A DNA stretch of 64,000 bases from a virus. Lineage: Duplodnaviria; Caudoviricetes. The notes under the pieces are model-generated. The model made no database searches and was not told where the DNA came from. It saw nothing but the letters and a program-made list of their open reading frames with translations. Shown piece after piece: positions 56,872-64,000 of the stretch. Location of the stretch: the IMG/VR virus record IMGVR_UViG_3300021387_000301, positions 3,273 through 67,272 of that record; one strand, 5' to 3'. Both the position numbers and the translations under genes were made by a program. The first letter of the stretch is position 1; every line of letters starts with the position of its first letter.

Positions 56872-57792
56872 ATGAAGATACCGACATTGAAACAATCGCC
56901 AGTGACCTTCCGCAGCGAAGACCATACCTACTGGCTCGGCACCAAACAACTGCAAGGTGTGACCTCAACCCTTGTGCGCAGGGCATATCCCAACACCTAC
57001 TCCAAACCCGACGGTTACACCGATGAGGAATGGCAGCAAGTTTTGGCCAATGCAGCCGCTAAGGGCAGCAATATGCACGAAACGATTGAGTTGCACGATG
57101 AACTCGGTATTGAGAGCGACCTGCCCGAACTGCAAAGCTATATCCGCATCAAGAAAGAGCATCAGCTTCAAGTGGTCGCCACTGAATATGTGGTGTCCGA
57201 TGAGCAGCACTATGCCACCGCTGTTGACAAGGTAATGATGAAACCCGATGGTGGCATCATCCTCGTTGATTTCAAGCGAACGTTCAAACTGCATATCGAG
57301 GATGTCACCGTCCAGCAGAGTATCTGCAAGCGTTTCTTTGAAATGCAGAACCCAGGCTTGAAAGTCGATAGCATCTATGTTATGTGGCTGCGCGATGATA
57401 AGAGCAGGTTCGAGGAACTTACACCCTGGGCCGAAGAGGCTCTGGACGCCCTCATATCAGCCGACCTCCATAACGAAACTTTCGACATCACTACAACATA
57501 CGGCGATTTGCCCTCAAAATTTGCCGAGGTTGAGTCGGAAGTCGCTCGCTTGGAGATAGAACTCAAAGTGGCGCAAGAACGCCAGAAAGAGCTTAAAAAG
57601 GGCTTATATGACCTTATGGAGCATAACAGCATAAAGTCTTGGACTGGCAGTAAGATAAAACTGACGAGAGTGTTGCCCACAAAAAAAAGCACATTTGACA
57701 GCAAGACTTTTGAAAAAGAGCATCCCGACCTTTACAAGAAATATTTGAAAGAGAGCACGTCGGCAGGCAGTCTGCGAATAACAATAATATGA
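56872..57792 (+). CDS. PD-(D/E)XK exonuclease
   Basis: GVTS, KGSNMHE, VD...LVDFK; partner of the annealing protein. Confidence 0.75.
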   Translation: MKIPTLKQSPVTFRSEDHTYWLGTKQLQGVTSTLVRRAYPNTYSKPDGYTDEEWQQVLANAAAKGSNMHETIELHDELGIESDLPELQSYIRIKKEHQLQVVATEYVVSDEQHYATAVDKVMMKPDGGIILVDFKRTFKLHIEDVTVQQSICKRFFEMQNPGLKVDSIYVMWLRDDKSRFEELTPWAEEALDALISADLHNETFDITTTYGDLPSKFAEVESEVARLEIELKVAQERQKELKKGLYDLMEHNSIKSWTGSKIKLTRVLPTKKSTFDSKTFEKEHPDLYKKYLKESTSAGSLRITII

Positions 57793-58223
57793 AACTGAGA
57801 GTTGTCAATACGGCTACGGGCTTTGTCCCCGAAACCGATACGGACTATGAGGCCAAGAAGAAGCTGAAACGCGGTGCGGTTTACGAGATCACTATCAAGG
57901 AATGCCGCAACCCAAAGTTCCATCGCCTCTATTTCAGCCTAATCAGTATCGGCTGGGAGTTTTTGAATGAGCAGCAGCAGGCTTTCTTCCGCAATGACAT
58001 CGAAACATTCCGAAAGACAGTCGAGATAGCGGCAGGGCATTATGAGCCAGTCTATTCAATCTCCCGCAGGACGTGGCTTGAAATCCCCAAGTCCATAGCC
58101 TTTGACAAACTCAGCGAGAGCGATTTCCACGACCTTTACGAGAACGTAAAAAGGGTTATCTCCCAAGTCTTCGTCCCAGAGGACGGCAGAGAAGCCTTCG
58201 AATACGAAATAAAGAATTTCTAA
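57789..58223 (+). CDS. DUF1367 / NinB-like protein
   Basis: RNPKFHRLYF and PKSIAFDK. Confidence 0.7.
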   Translation: MKLRVVNTATGFVPETDTDYEAKKKLKRGAVYEITIKECRNPKFHRLYFSLISIGWEFLNEQQQAFFRNDIETFRKTVEIAAGHYEPVYSISRRTWLEIPKSIAFDKLSESDFHDLYENVKRVISQVFVPEDGREAFEYEIKNF

Positions 58224-58249
58224 CACAATCCCATCCAATTCAAACACTT

Positions 58250-58702
58250 ATGAGTGACATTGTAGTTTCGGGCGTCATAGCCCAGGCTCTTCCCGTTCAG
58301 TCGGGCACAAGCCAGCGCGGCAACCAATGGATGCGCGCATCGTATATCATCGAGCACGAACAAGGCCAGTACCCCAAGCGTATGGTCTTTGACGTAATCA
58401 ACGCCAAGATTCAGGAACTCAACCTGCAAGTCGGCGAGAACGTCACCGTGCATCTTAACGTCGATTGCCGCGAGTACCCGCAAGGCTCTGGCAGGTTCTT
58501 CAACTCCATCGAGGCTTGGAAGGTTGAGCGCAGTCAGGCGCTTGGTGCCCAGCCCCAGACACAGCGCGCCCCTCAGCAGCCTATGCAGCCCCAGCAGCGC
58601 GTAGCACCTCAGCAGCCGACATTCCCTCAGTATGCCGCTGCCCCTCAGCAGCCCCAACAGCCCCAGCAGCCACCCACAAACGATAGCGATTTGCCATTCT
58701 GA
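58250..58702 (+). CDS. ssb: single-stranded DNA-binding protein (DUF3127 type)
   Basis: OB-fold body, Gln/Pro linker, DSDLPF tail. Confidence 0.8.
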   Translation: MSDIVVSGVIAQALPVQSGTSQRGNQWMRASYIIEHEQGQYPKRMVFDVINAKIQELNLQVGENVTVHLNVDCREYPQGSGRFFNSIEAWKVERSQALGAQPQTQRAPQQPMQPQQRVAPQQPTFPQYAAAPQQPQQPQQPPTNDSDLPF

Positions 58703-58778
58703 TTCTTTTTGTTTGTTGTTTGTTGTGTCCCCTGCGTGCAGGTCTATCCTGTGCGTGGGGGAACTTTTTTAAGACACT

Positions 58779-59024
58779 ATGGAAAAAAACGATAGTAAGC
58801 TATTTGATGAAGGTAATATTCTTGTGCCGCGAAAGTTGATAAACGACACAAGACTAAGCGACAAGGCAAGGTTTATCTATTGCTATATAGTCGCAAGAAA
58901 AGAGACTTGCATACCCGATACTGCCAAGTTATCAAAGGAACTTGGGTACTCCAGGCGAACCTTACTGAAATACCTCCACGAACTCGCCGCTCATGACTGG
59001 ATTGAACTATTGCGCCATGATTAG
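58779..59024 (+). CDS. small winged-HTH protein
   Basis: LSDKARFIY...LSKELGYSRRT. Confidence 0.65.
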   Translation: MEKNDSKLFDEGNILVPRKLINDTRLSDKARFIYCYIVARKETCIPDTAKLSKELGYSRRTLLKYLHELAAHDWIELLRHD

Positions 59025-59880
59025 AATCCTCCGAGAAAAGAACACTGACTATACGGTAATCAGCAACACCATCCTGCGAGACGCCTCGGTAAGCCTGAAA
59101 GCCAAAGGGCTGATGGCATTGGTAATGTCGCTCCCCGAAAATTGGGATTTCTCCATCAACGGAGTTCTCTCCATAGCCAAGGAGAAAAGAGATTGCATAT
59201 ACTCCATTATCTCCGAACTGAAAGAGAAAGGCTACTGCAAAATGGAAACCATTCGTGATGAGAACGGCAAGATAGCTGGCACCGATTATATCTTCATGGA
59301 ACAACCGATGGAAGTGCCGCAAAGCCAGTCTGCAAGCGATATCTTACCATATACGGAAAAGCCGTATACGGAAAAACCGTATACGGAAAAACCGACACAA
59401 TCAATTAAAGAATTAATAAATTACTTAAATAAATCAAGTAAAGAAAAAAAAGAAATAGAAAAATATAAAAAAGAAAAAGAAAGTTCAGACATGTTATTTG
59501 ATGCCGACTTAGAAACAAGCGAAAAAGCCGAGCAAACAACTCCTGCTAATCCTGCCAACTCTACAACGAAAAACAAGCCCACGATAAATTCGCTTGATCT
59601 CTCTGCAATCCCAGATGAGTTTCTTCCTATTGTCGAAGATTGGTTGTCTTACAAAAAAGAGCGCCACCAAACATACAAGCCGCGAGGTTTTGAAGCATTC
59701 TTCAAGCGGCTGCTTAAACTGAGCGGCAACAACCCAGGGAAAGCAAAGGAGATAGTTGAGCAATCCATTGCCAACAACTATGCTGGCATCTTCCCGATTA
59801 AATCAAGCAAGAGCAACCTTCCTGTAGGTTTCATCCTGCACGAAGAAAACTTAGACCCCGACAAGAAAGCTGAATGGTGA
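59017..59880 (+). CDS. replication initiator (HTH)
   Basis: YTVISNTILRD..LSLKAKGL N-terminus; internal iterons. Confidence 0.8.
   Translation: MIRILREKNTDYTVISNTILRDASVSLKAKGLMALVMSLPENWDFSINGVLSIAKEKRDCIYSIISELKEKGYCKMETIRDENGKIAGTDYIFMEQPMEVPQSQSASDILPYTEKPYTEKPYTEKPTQSIKELINYLNKSSKEKKEIEKYKKEKESSDMLFDADLETSEKAEQTTPANPANSTTKNKPTINSLDLSAIPDEFLPIVEDWLSYKKERHQTYKPRGFEAFFKRLLKLSGNNPGKAKEIVEQSIANNYAGIFPIKSSKSNLPVGFILHEENLDPDKKAEW
59351..59395 (+). repeat. three 15-bp iterons (putative origin)
   Basis: ATACGGAAAA(G/A)CCG(T/A) x3, followed by an A/T-rich tract at 59400-59480. Confidence 0.75.
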
Positions 59881-59881
59881 T

Positions 59882-60466
59882 ATGTTTGACATACGAGATA
59901 TTGCTGAAAAACGCGAGATAATGCAAATAGCGCTCCCCGATGCTCAGAAAGTCCTGCGTAGCGGGATGGAATATTTCATCGGCCCGCATTTCCAATGGCT
60001 CCCCTCCTACGAGAAAGTAGCACGATGGCTGGCAGATAATCAAAAACGCGGCCTAATGCTTTCGGGTGGCAACGGAGTAGGCAAGACGGTGTTCTGCACC
60101 AAAGTCCTTCCGCTGATATTCCGATACTATCTCCACATTGAGGATGTCACAATCATAGATGCCAAATATCTCGGCGACTATTATAAGAACCCCTCCGACT
60201 ACTACAAGATCGTCTATGACAAAAACCCGATCATCATCGACGATGTTGGTGTTGAGGATATCGCCAATGACTATGGCGAGCGCCGCGACATATTTTCCGA
60301 GATAGTTGATGATGCGGAGAAACGCGCAAGACTGATAGTATTTACCACCAACCTATACGCCGACGATATCAAGACCCGCTACGGAATGAGAACCCTTGAC
60401 AGGCTCTACTCCATAGTGCGGTCGATATGTATCGAAGGCCAAAGCATGAGGCTGAAAACGATTTAG
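59882..60466 (+). CDS. DnaC/IstB-like AAA+ helicase loader
   Basis: GGNGVGKT, IIIDDVG, FTTNL, RTLDRL. Confidence 0.8.
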   Translation: MFDIRDIAEKREIMQIALPDAQKVLRSGMEYFIGPHFQWLPSYEKVARWLADNQKRGLMLSGGNGVGKTVFCTKVLPLIFRYYLHIEDVTIIDAKYLGDYYKNPSDYYKIVYDKNPIIIDDVGVEDIANDYGERRDIFSEIVDDAEKRARLIVFTTNLYADDIKTRYGMRTLDRLYSIVRSICIEGQSMRLKTI

Positions 60467-60490
60467 CCTCGCAAGAAACAACGACAAACA

Positions 60491-62575
60491 ATGAACACTG
60501 ACGAAATACGCAAATGGCACCACGTATTCAAGCGCCCCGGAGAACTCTTTGAGATACGCCTGCTGGGCGATAGGACGTGGAGCGGATATTTCTACGATGT
60601 CGAGGATGCCATCGAGCAGTTGCAGCCTTATGACAACCTCAACATCTACTTCACGGTCAACGAGGTCAAGAGCGCCTGCGACAGCCGTTCTCAGTTCGAC
60701 TGCTTCCGACAAGTCAAAGGCACGGCGACGAGCAAGCAGGACATCGAGCATCGTTGGTGGTTGCCTATAGATGTCGATTGTGAGCGGCCGAGCGGCGTCA
60801 GCTCTACCGATGCCGAGAAACAACTGGCGCACGCCAAGGCTGGCGATGTCTTCCGTTTCCTTAAAGCGAACAATTTTCCTGAGCCTGTCGTCTGCGACTC
60901 ATCGAGCGGCTATCACATCTACCTCCCAATAGACATCGGTAACACCCCGGAGGCTGAGGCGGCGGTAAAGCTGTTCCTTGAAACCCTTGGCAACATCTTC
61001 ACCGATGAACACGTCAAGATAGACAACGTGCTCTTCGATGCCAACCGCATCATACGCCTGCCTGGTACTTACGGCAGGAAAGGCAGGAGCACCGAGGACC
61101 GCCCGCACCGTTTGGCCAAGATACTCTCGGTGCCTACTGAGATAGTTAGGGCAGACCTTGCCGCCCTCGATGCTTTCAACAGCCGCTACAAAATCACGGC
61201 AGAGCCAGTCAAGCACCAAAGCTACGGCGGCGGTACTTTCGACATAAGGACTTTCATCCGCGACCACGGCATAGGTGTTGACAAGGAAATTCCTCTTGTA
61301 GGAGGCGGCACCAAGTTCATACTCTCCGAGTGCATCTTCGACTCCGGGCATAAGGCTCCCGATGCTGCCATCTTCGAAATGCCGAACGGCGCGATAGCAT
61401 ACAAATGCTTTCATCAGTCTTGCTCTTCGTATAGCTGGCAGGATGTGCGCAGAAGATTTGAGCCAGACGCCTATAATCGGGAATATCGTGAAATTAGGCC
61501 GAGAAACCCTCTCTCACAGCCTTTCTCCCCTCAGCCTAAGCAACCCACCGCTCCACCTGTAATCGAAGCTGAGAGCGAAGAAAAAGGGCCGATATGGCTT
61601 TCGATGTCCGACATCCAAAAAGTAGACATCGAATCCATGGAGCACGTCAAGACTGGCTATACGGAGTTGGATGAGAAAATCAAAGGACTGTTCATGGGCG
61701 AGGTCACGCTCATATCGGGAAATAACTCATCGGGTAAGTCCACGTTTCTGAATAACCTCATCCTGAACATCATCGATCAAGGTTGGAAGGTGGCCCTTTG
61801 GTCGGGCGAGCTTCTCGACATCAAGCTGAAACGCTGGCTGACGATGCTGGCGGCAGGCAGGAAACACACGTTCACCTCCCCGAAAGGCTACAACTATGTT
61901 CCCGATGATCTTGCAAAGGTAATCGACGAATGGCTGAATGGAAAACTCTTCATCTACAACAACAAGTACGGCAATAGATGGGAGCAAGTCCTGACACAAC
62001 TTAACAAGCTGGTCGAGCAGGGCGTGCGGATATTCTTCCTCGACAACCTTATGGCGATGAACATAAACATCTTCGAGGGAGACAAGAACGAGCGCCAAAA
62101 GCTGTTTGTAAGCCAGCTGACCGATTTTGCCAAGGACAACAATGCTTCCATCGGCCTCGTTGCTCATCCGAGAAAAGCCTCGACGCTCATACGCAAGGTA
62201 GACATCAGCGGCACCTCCGATATTACGAACCTCATCGACAATCTCTTCCTCATCCATCGCAACAACGAGGATTTCAAGAGAGAGGGCAAGGAATATTTCG
62301 GTGCTCCGCTGATGGGTTACATAGCCTCCAAGAACTACGGCAATATTTTGGAGGTGGCCAAAAACCGCTTGGAGGGTGTTCAAGACCTGCTGGTAGGTAT
62401 GTACTACGAGCCAGTCAGCCACCGTATGATGAACGCCCCCGATGAGGAAAAGGAATACGGATGTTTCCGCACCGGGGAGCAGACCTCGATGTTCACTGAG
62501 ACCGCCGAGCAGCAACCTCCCCAGGTGTTCGACCCATTCAGCGCCCCACAGTCCACTGAGGACTGCCCTTTCTGA
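60491..62575 (+). CDS. AEP primase fused to SF4 (DnaB/Twinkle-like) helicase
   Basis: IDVDC and SGYHIY primase motifs; SGNNSSGKST, LDNL, VAHPRK, DISGTSD. Confidence 0.85.
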   Translation: MNTDEIRKWHHVFKRPGELFEIRLLGDRTWSGYFYDVEDAIEQLQPYDNLNIYFTVNEVKSACDSRSQFDCFRQVKGTATSKQDIEHRWWLPIDVDCERPSGVSSTDAEKQLAHAKAGDVFRFLKANNFPEPVVCDSSSGYHIYLPIDIGNTPEAEAAVKLFLETLGNIFTDEHVKIDNVLFDANRIIRLPGTYGRKGRSTEDRPHRLAKILSVPTEIVRADLAALDAFNSRYKITAEPVKHQSYGGGTFDIRTFIRDHGIGVDKEIPLVGGGTKFILSECIFDSGHKAPDAAIFEMPNGAIAYKCFHQSCSSYSWQDVRRRFEPDAYNREYREIRPRNPLSQPFSPQPKQPTAPPVIEAESEEKGPIWLSMSDIQKVDIESMEHVKTGYTELDEKIKGLFMGEVTLISGNNSSGKSTFLNNLILNIIDQGWKVALWSGELLDIKLKRWLTMLAAGRKHTFTSPKGYNYVPDDLAKVIDEWLNGKLFIYNNKYGNRWEQVLTQLNKLVEQGVRIFFLDNLMAMNINIFEGDKNERQKLFVSQLTDFAKDNNASIGLVAHPRKASTLIRKVDISGTSDITNLIDNLFLIHRNNEDFKREGKEYFGAPLMGYIASKNYGNILEVAKNRLEGVQDLLVGMYYEPVSHRMMNAPDEEKEYGCFRTGEQTSMFTETAEQQPPQVFDPFSAPQSTEDCPF

Positions 62576-62601
62576 TAACTTAAAAACAACAATTTGATAT
62601 A

Positions 62602-62836
62602 TTATTCTTGTAATGTCGCCGTAGTTCTTATCCTTAACATCGGGGAATAAAGCATTATGTGCAATGACGGCAGGTTGCTTATCCAACGGGGTCTCGGGCG
62701 TTTCGGGATCGTACTCTGCCCACCCTACAAGTTCAAAGTCAAAAGAGGGGTTTAATGCTTTCAACCTGCGCATCGCCAACCCCTGCGACTCATAGCCGCT
62801 GCATAGCGTTGCAAGTCTTATCTTATTGTTTTCCAT
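62602..62836 (-). CDS. dcm: 5' part of C5 cytosine MTase (motifs I-III), in inverted orientation
   Basis: MENNKIRLATLCSGYESQ...WAEYD...NYGDITRI. Confidence 0.85.
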
Positions 62837-62878
62837 AAGTTTTCAACCATTTATTTAGAGGTTCCATTACAAGAATAA
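62602..62878. mobile_element. invertible segment bounded by 14-bp inverted repeats
   Basis: TTATTCTTGTAATG (62602-62615) and CATTACAAGAATAA (62865-62878). Confidence 0.8.
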
Positions 62879-63438
62879 ACTGGCCTGACTTCCCCGATTG
62901 TGACCTGCTTTTTTACTCGACCCCTTGTCAGAGTGTGTCCCAAGCTGGCCTTCAACACGGCTTTGCAGAGGGCAGCGGAACGCGGTCGAGCATCATTTGG
63001 AACGTCCGCGATGCGGTCATTGCCAAGCGACCCAAGTTCCTATGCCTGGAGAATGTCCGTGCTATGGTTTCGGCCAAGTTCGTCGGTATGTTCAACCTTT
63101 GGCAGCGGGAGTTGGAACGGCTCGGCTATACCAACTACGCTGAAATCCTTAACGCCAAGGATTTCGGTGTTCCGCAAAACCGAGAACGCATCTTCCTTGT
63201 CAGTGTTCGCAACGATGTGGGGCTGAGATACCATTTCCCTAAGCCGTTCAAGCTGACCAAATGCCTTGCCGACATCTTGGAAGAGAATGTCGATGAGAAG
63301 TTCTTCCTGCGCGATGAAATGCTTGCGAGGTTCTGCGAGAAAAGCCTCGAAGAAGAAATCGTTCCGGGAATAGATATAGGAGTCCTTGAAAACGAACGCG
63401 AGGATGGTGATGAATCATTCTTTGGAAACGCCTACTGA
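62865..63438 (+). CDS. dcm: 3' part of C5 cytosine MTase (motifs IV-VIII)
   Basis: ITRINWPDFPDCDLLFYSTPCQ, ENV, QNRERIF; no start codon before the catalytic PC in the current orientation. Confidence 0.85.
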
Positions 63439-63691
63439 GGTTATCATCCTTGGCAGACTTAGCACCTCTCAGGATGCTATAGTCGTCGGAGGGGGGGGGT
63501 ATCGCCATGCCACACCGCAGGACACGGAAATACGCCCAAGGTGGCCGTTATCACGGATTAAGCCGCATAACGTGTGCTATGGCTGTGTTGCCTGCACCTT
63601 GAACACCCGCTACGAGGATGCTGCCATCAAGGACTATATCACGCTAAGGCACTACCCGAAGACAGTCGTAATGGCCATCTATGAAACATAG
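63404..63691 (+). CDS. MTase-associated variable module(s) with G9 tract
   Basis: VVGGGG at G9 (63491-63499); the alternative frame reads VSPCHTAGHGNTPKV. Confidence 0.55.
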   Translation: MVMNHSLETPTEVIILGRLSTSQDAIVVGGGGYRHATPQDTEIRPRWPLSRIKPHNVCYGCVACTLNTRYEDAAIKDYITLRHYPKTVVMAIYET

Positions 63692-63884
63692 TAACGTCAC
63701 ACTAAACATACCGCAGGCTACGGCATTGGGGTACATCCCCTGCCCCGTATGGGGCTGTTTCGATTGGAATTACCCCTCTTCCAAGCTGCGGCGCGGCCGC
63801 GTACAGGGGGGGGGTAAAATTACTCCTGCCCTGACTGGCAACGCCACCACTATCATTGCAATAACAGCCGATGAGACCGATTAA
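63681..63884 (+). CDS. MTase-associated variable module with G9 tract
   Basis: QATALGY...YPSSKLRRGRVQGGGKITPALT, a module seen in phage C5 MTases. Confidence 0.65.
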   Translation: MKHSNVTLNIPQATALGYIPCPVWGCFDWNYPSSKLRRGRVQGGGKITPALTGNATTIIAITADETD

Positions 63885-64000
63885 GGACAAGTCAAGCATC
63901 ATAGGGTTCTATATCAAGCCCAATAGGGCGCATCCGAACAAAGGTGTAGTCTATGATGAGAGATATATCTCCCCCTGTATGACCGCAGGAATGGGGGGGG
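63871..64000 (+). CDS. MTase-associated module, truncated by the window end
   Basis: MRPIKD...ISPCMTAGMGG ending in a run of at least 8 G. Confidence 0.55.
   Translation, partial: MRPIKDKSSIIGFYIKPNRAHPNKGVVYDERYISPCMTAGMGG

Noticed and set aside
60351-60365. YADD in 59882..60466 as a reverse transcriptase active site
   Set aside because: It lies in the TTNL segment of a DnaC-like ATPase; no other RT motifs are present.
61727-62836. 369-aa minus-strand ORF as a complete gene
   Set aside because: Only the first ~79 aa are MTase-like; the rest is antisense to the primase-helicase and results from the inversion.

Overview
The window is a 64-kb section of a temperate long-tailed (siphovirus-like) phage of a Bacteroidota host, probably Prevotella-like. 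The host call rests on TAnnTTTG -7 promoters and A-rich leaders. An intact attP (3' half of tRNA-Gly CCC) beside the integrase indicates the excised or virion form. Layout: (1-7.8 kb) about 21 small leftward early genes, most separated by a repeated hairpin + (G)AGTACGAAAA element; (7.9-10.8 kb) a strand-skewed non-coding tract, an Ala-rich gene, divergent promoters and an AT-rich tract; (10.8-13.6 kb) a D5/P4-type SF3 helicase operon; (14-20.7 kb, leftward) terminase with an Ala1 intein, portal, an adenine MTase containing a C14 tract and a minor head protein; (20.9-49.2 kb) capsid, neck, tail, a 2152-aa tape measure and tail fibre genes, one ending in a DGR-like variable region; (49.7-51.2 kb) holin, lysozyme and spanin; (51.2-55 kb) integrase, attP, CI, antirepressor and Xis; (55.6-62.6 kb) recombination and replication genes; (62.6-64 kb) a C5 cytosine MTase locus. 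The strongest finding is that the 5' third of this cytosine MTase gene is inverted between perfect 14-bp inverted repeats, and flipping it in silico rebuilds an in-frame 264-aa enzyme. With the C14 tract in the adenine MTase and G-runs in the downstream MTase modules, this suggests a phage methylome that phase-varies by several mechanisms. All functional calls come from motif recognition by eye; no database searches were run.
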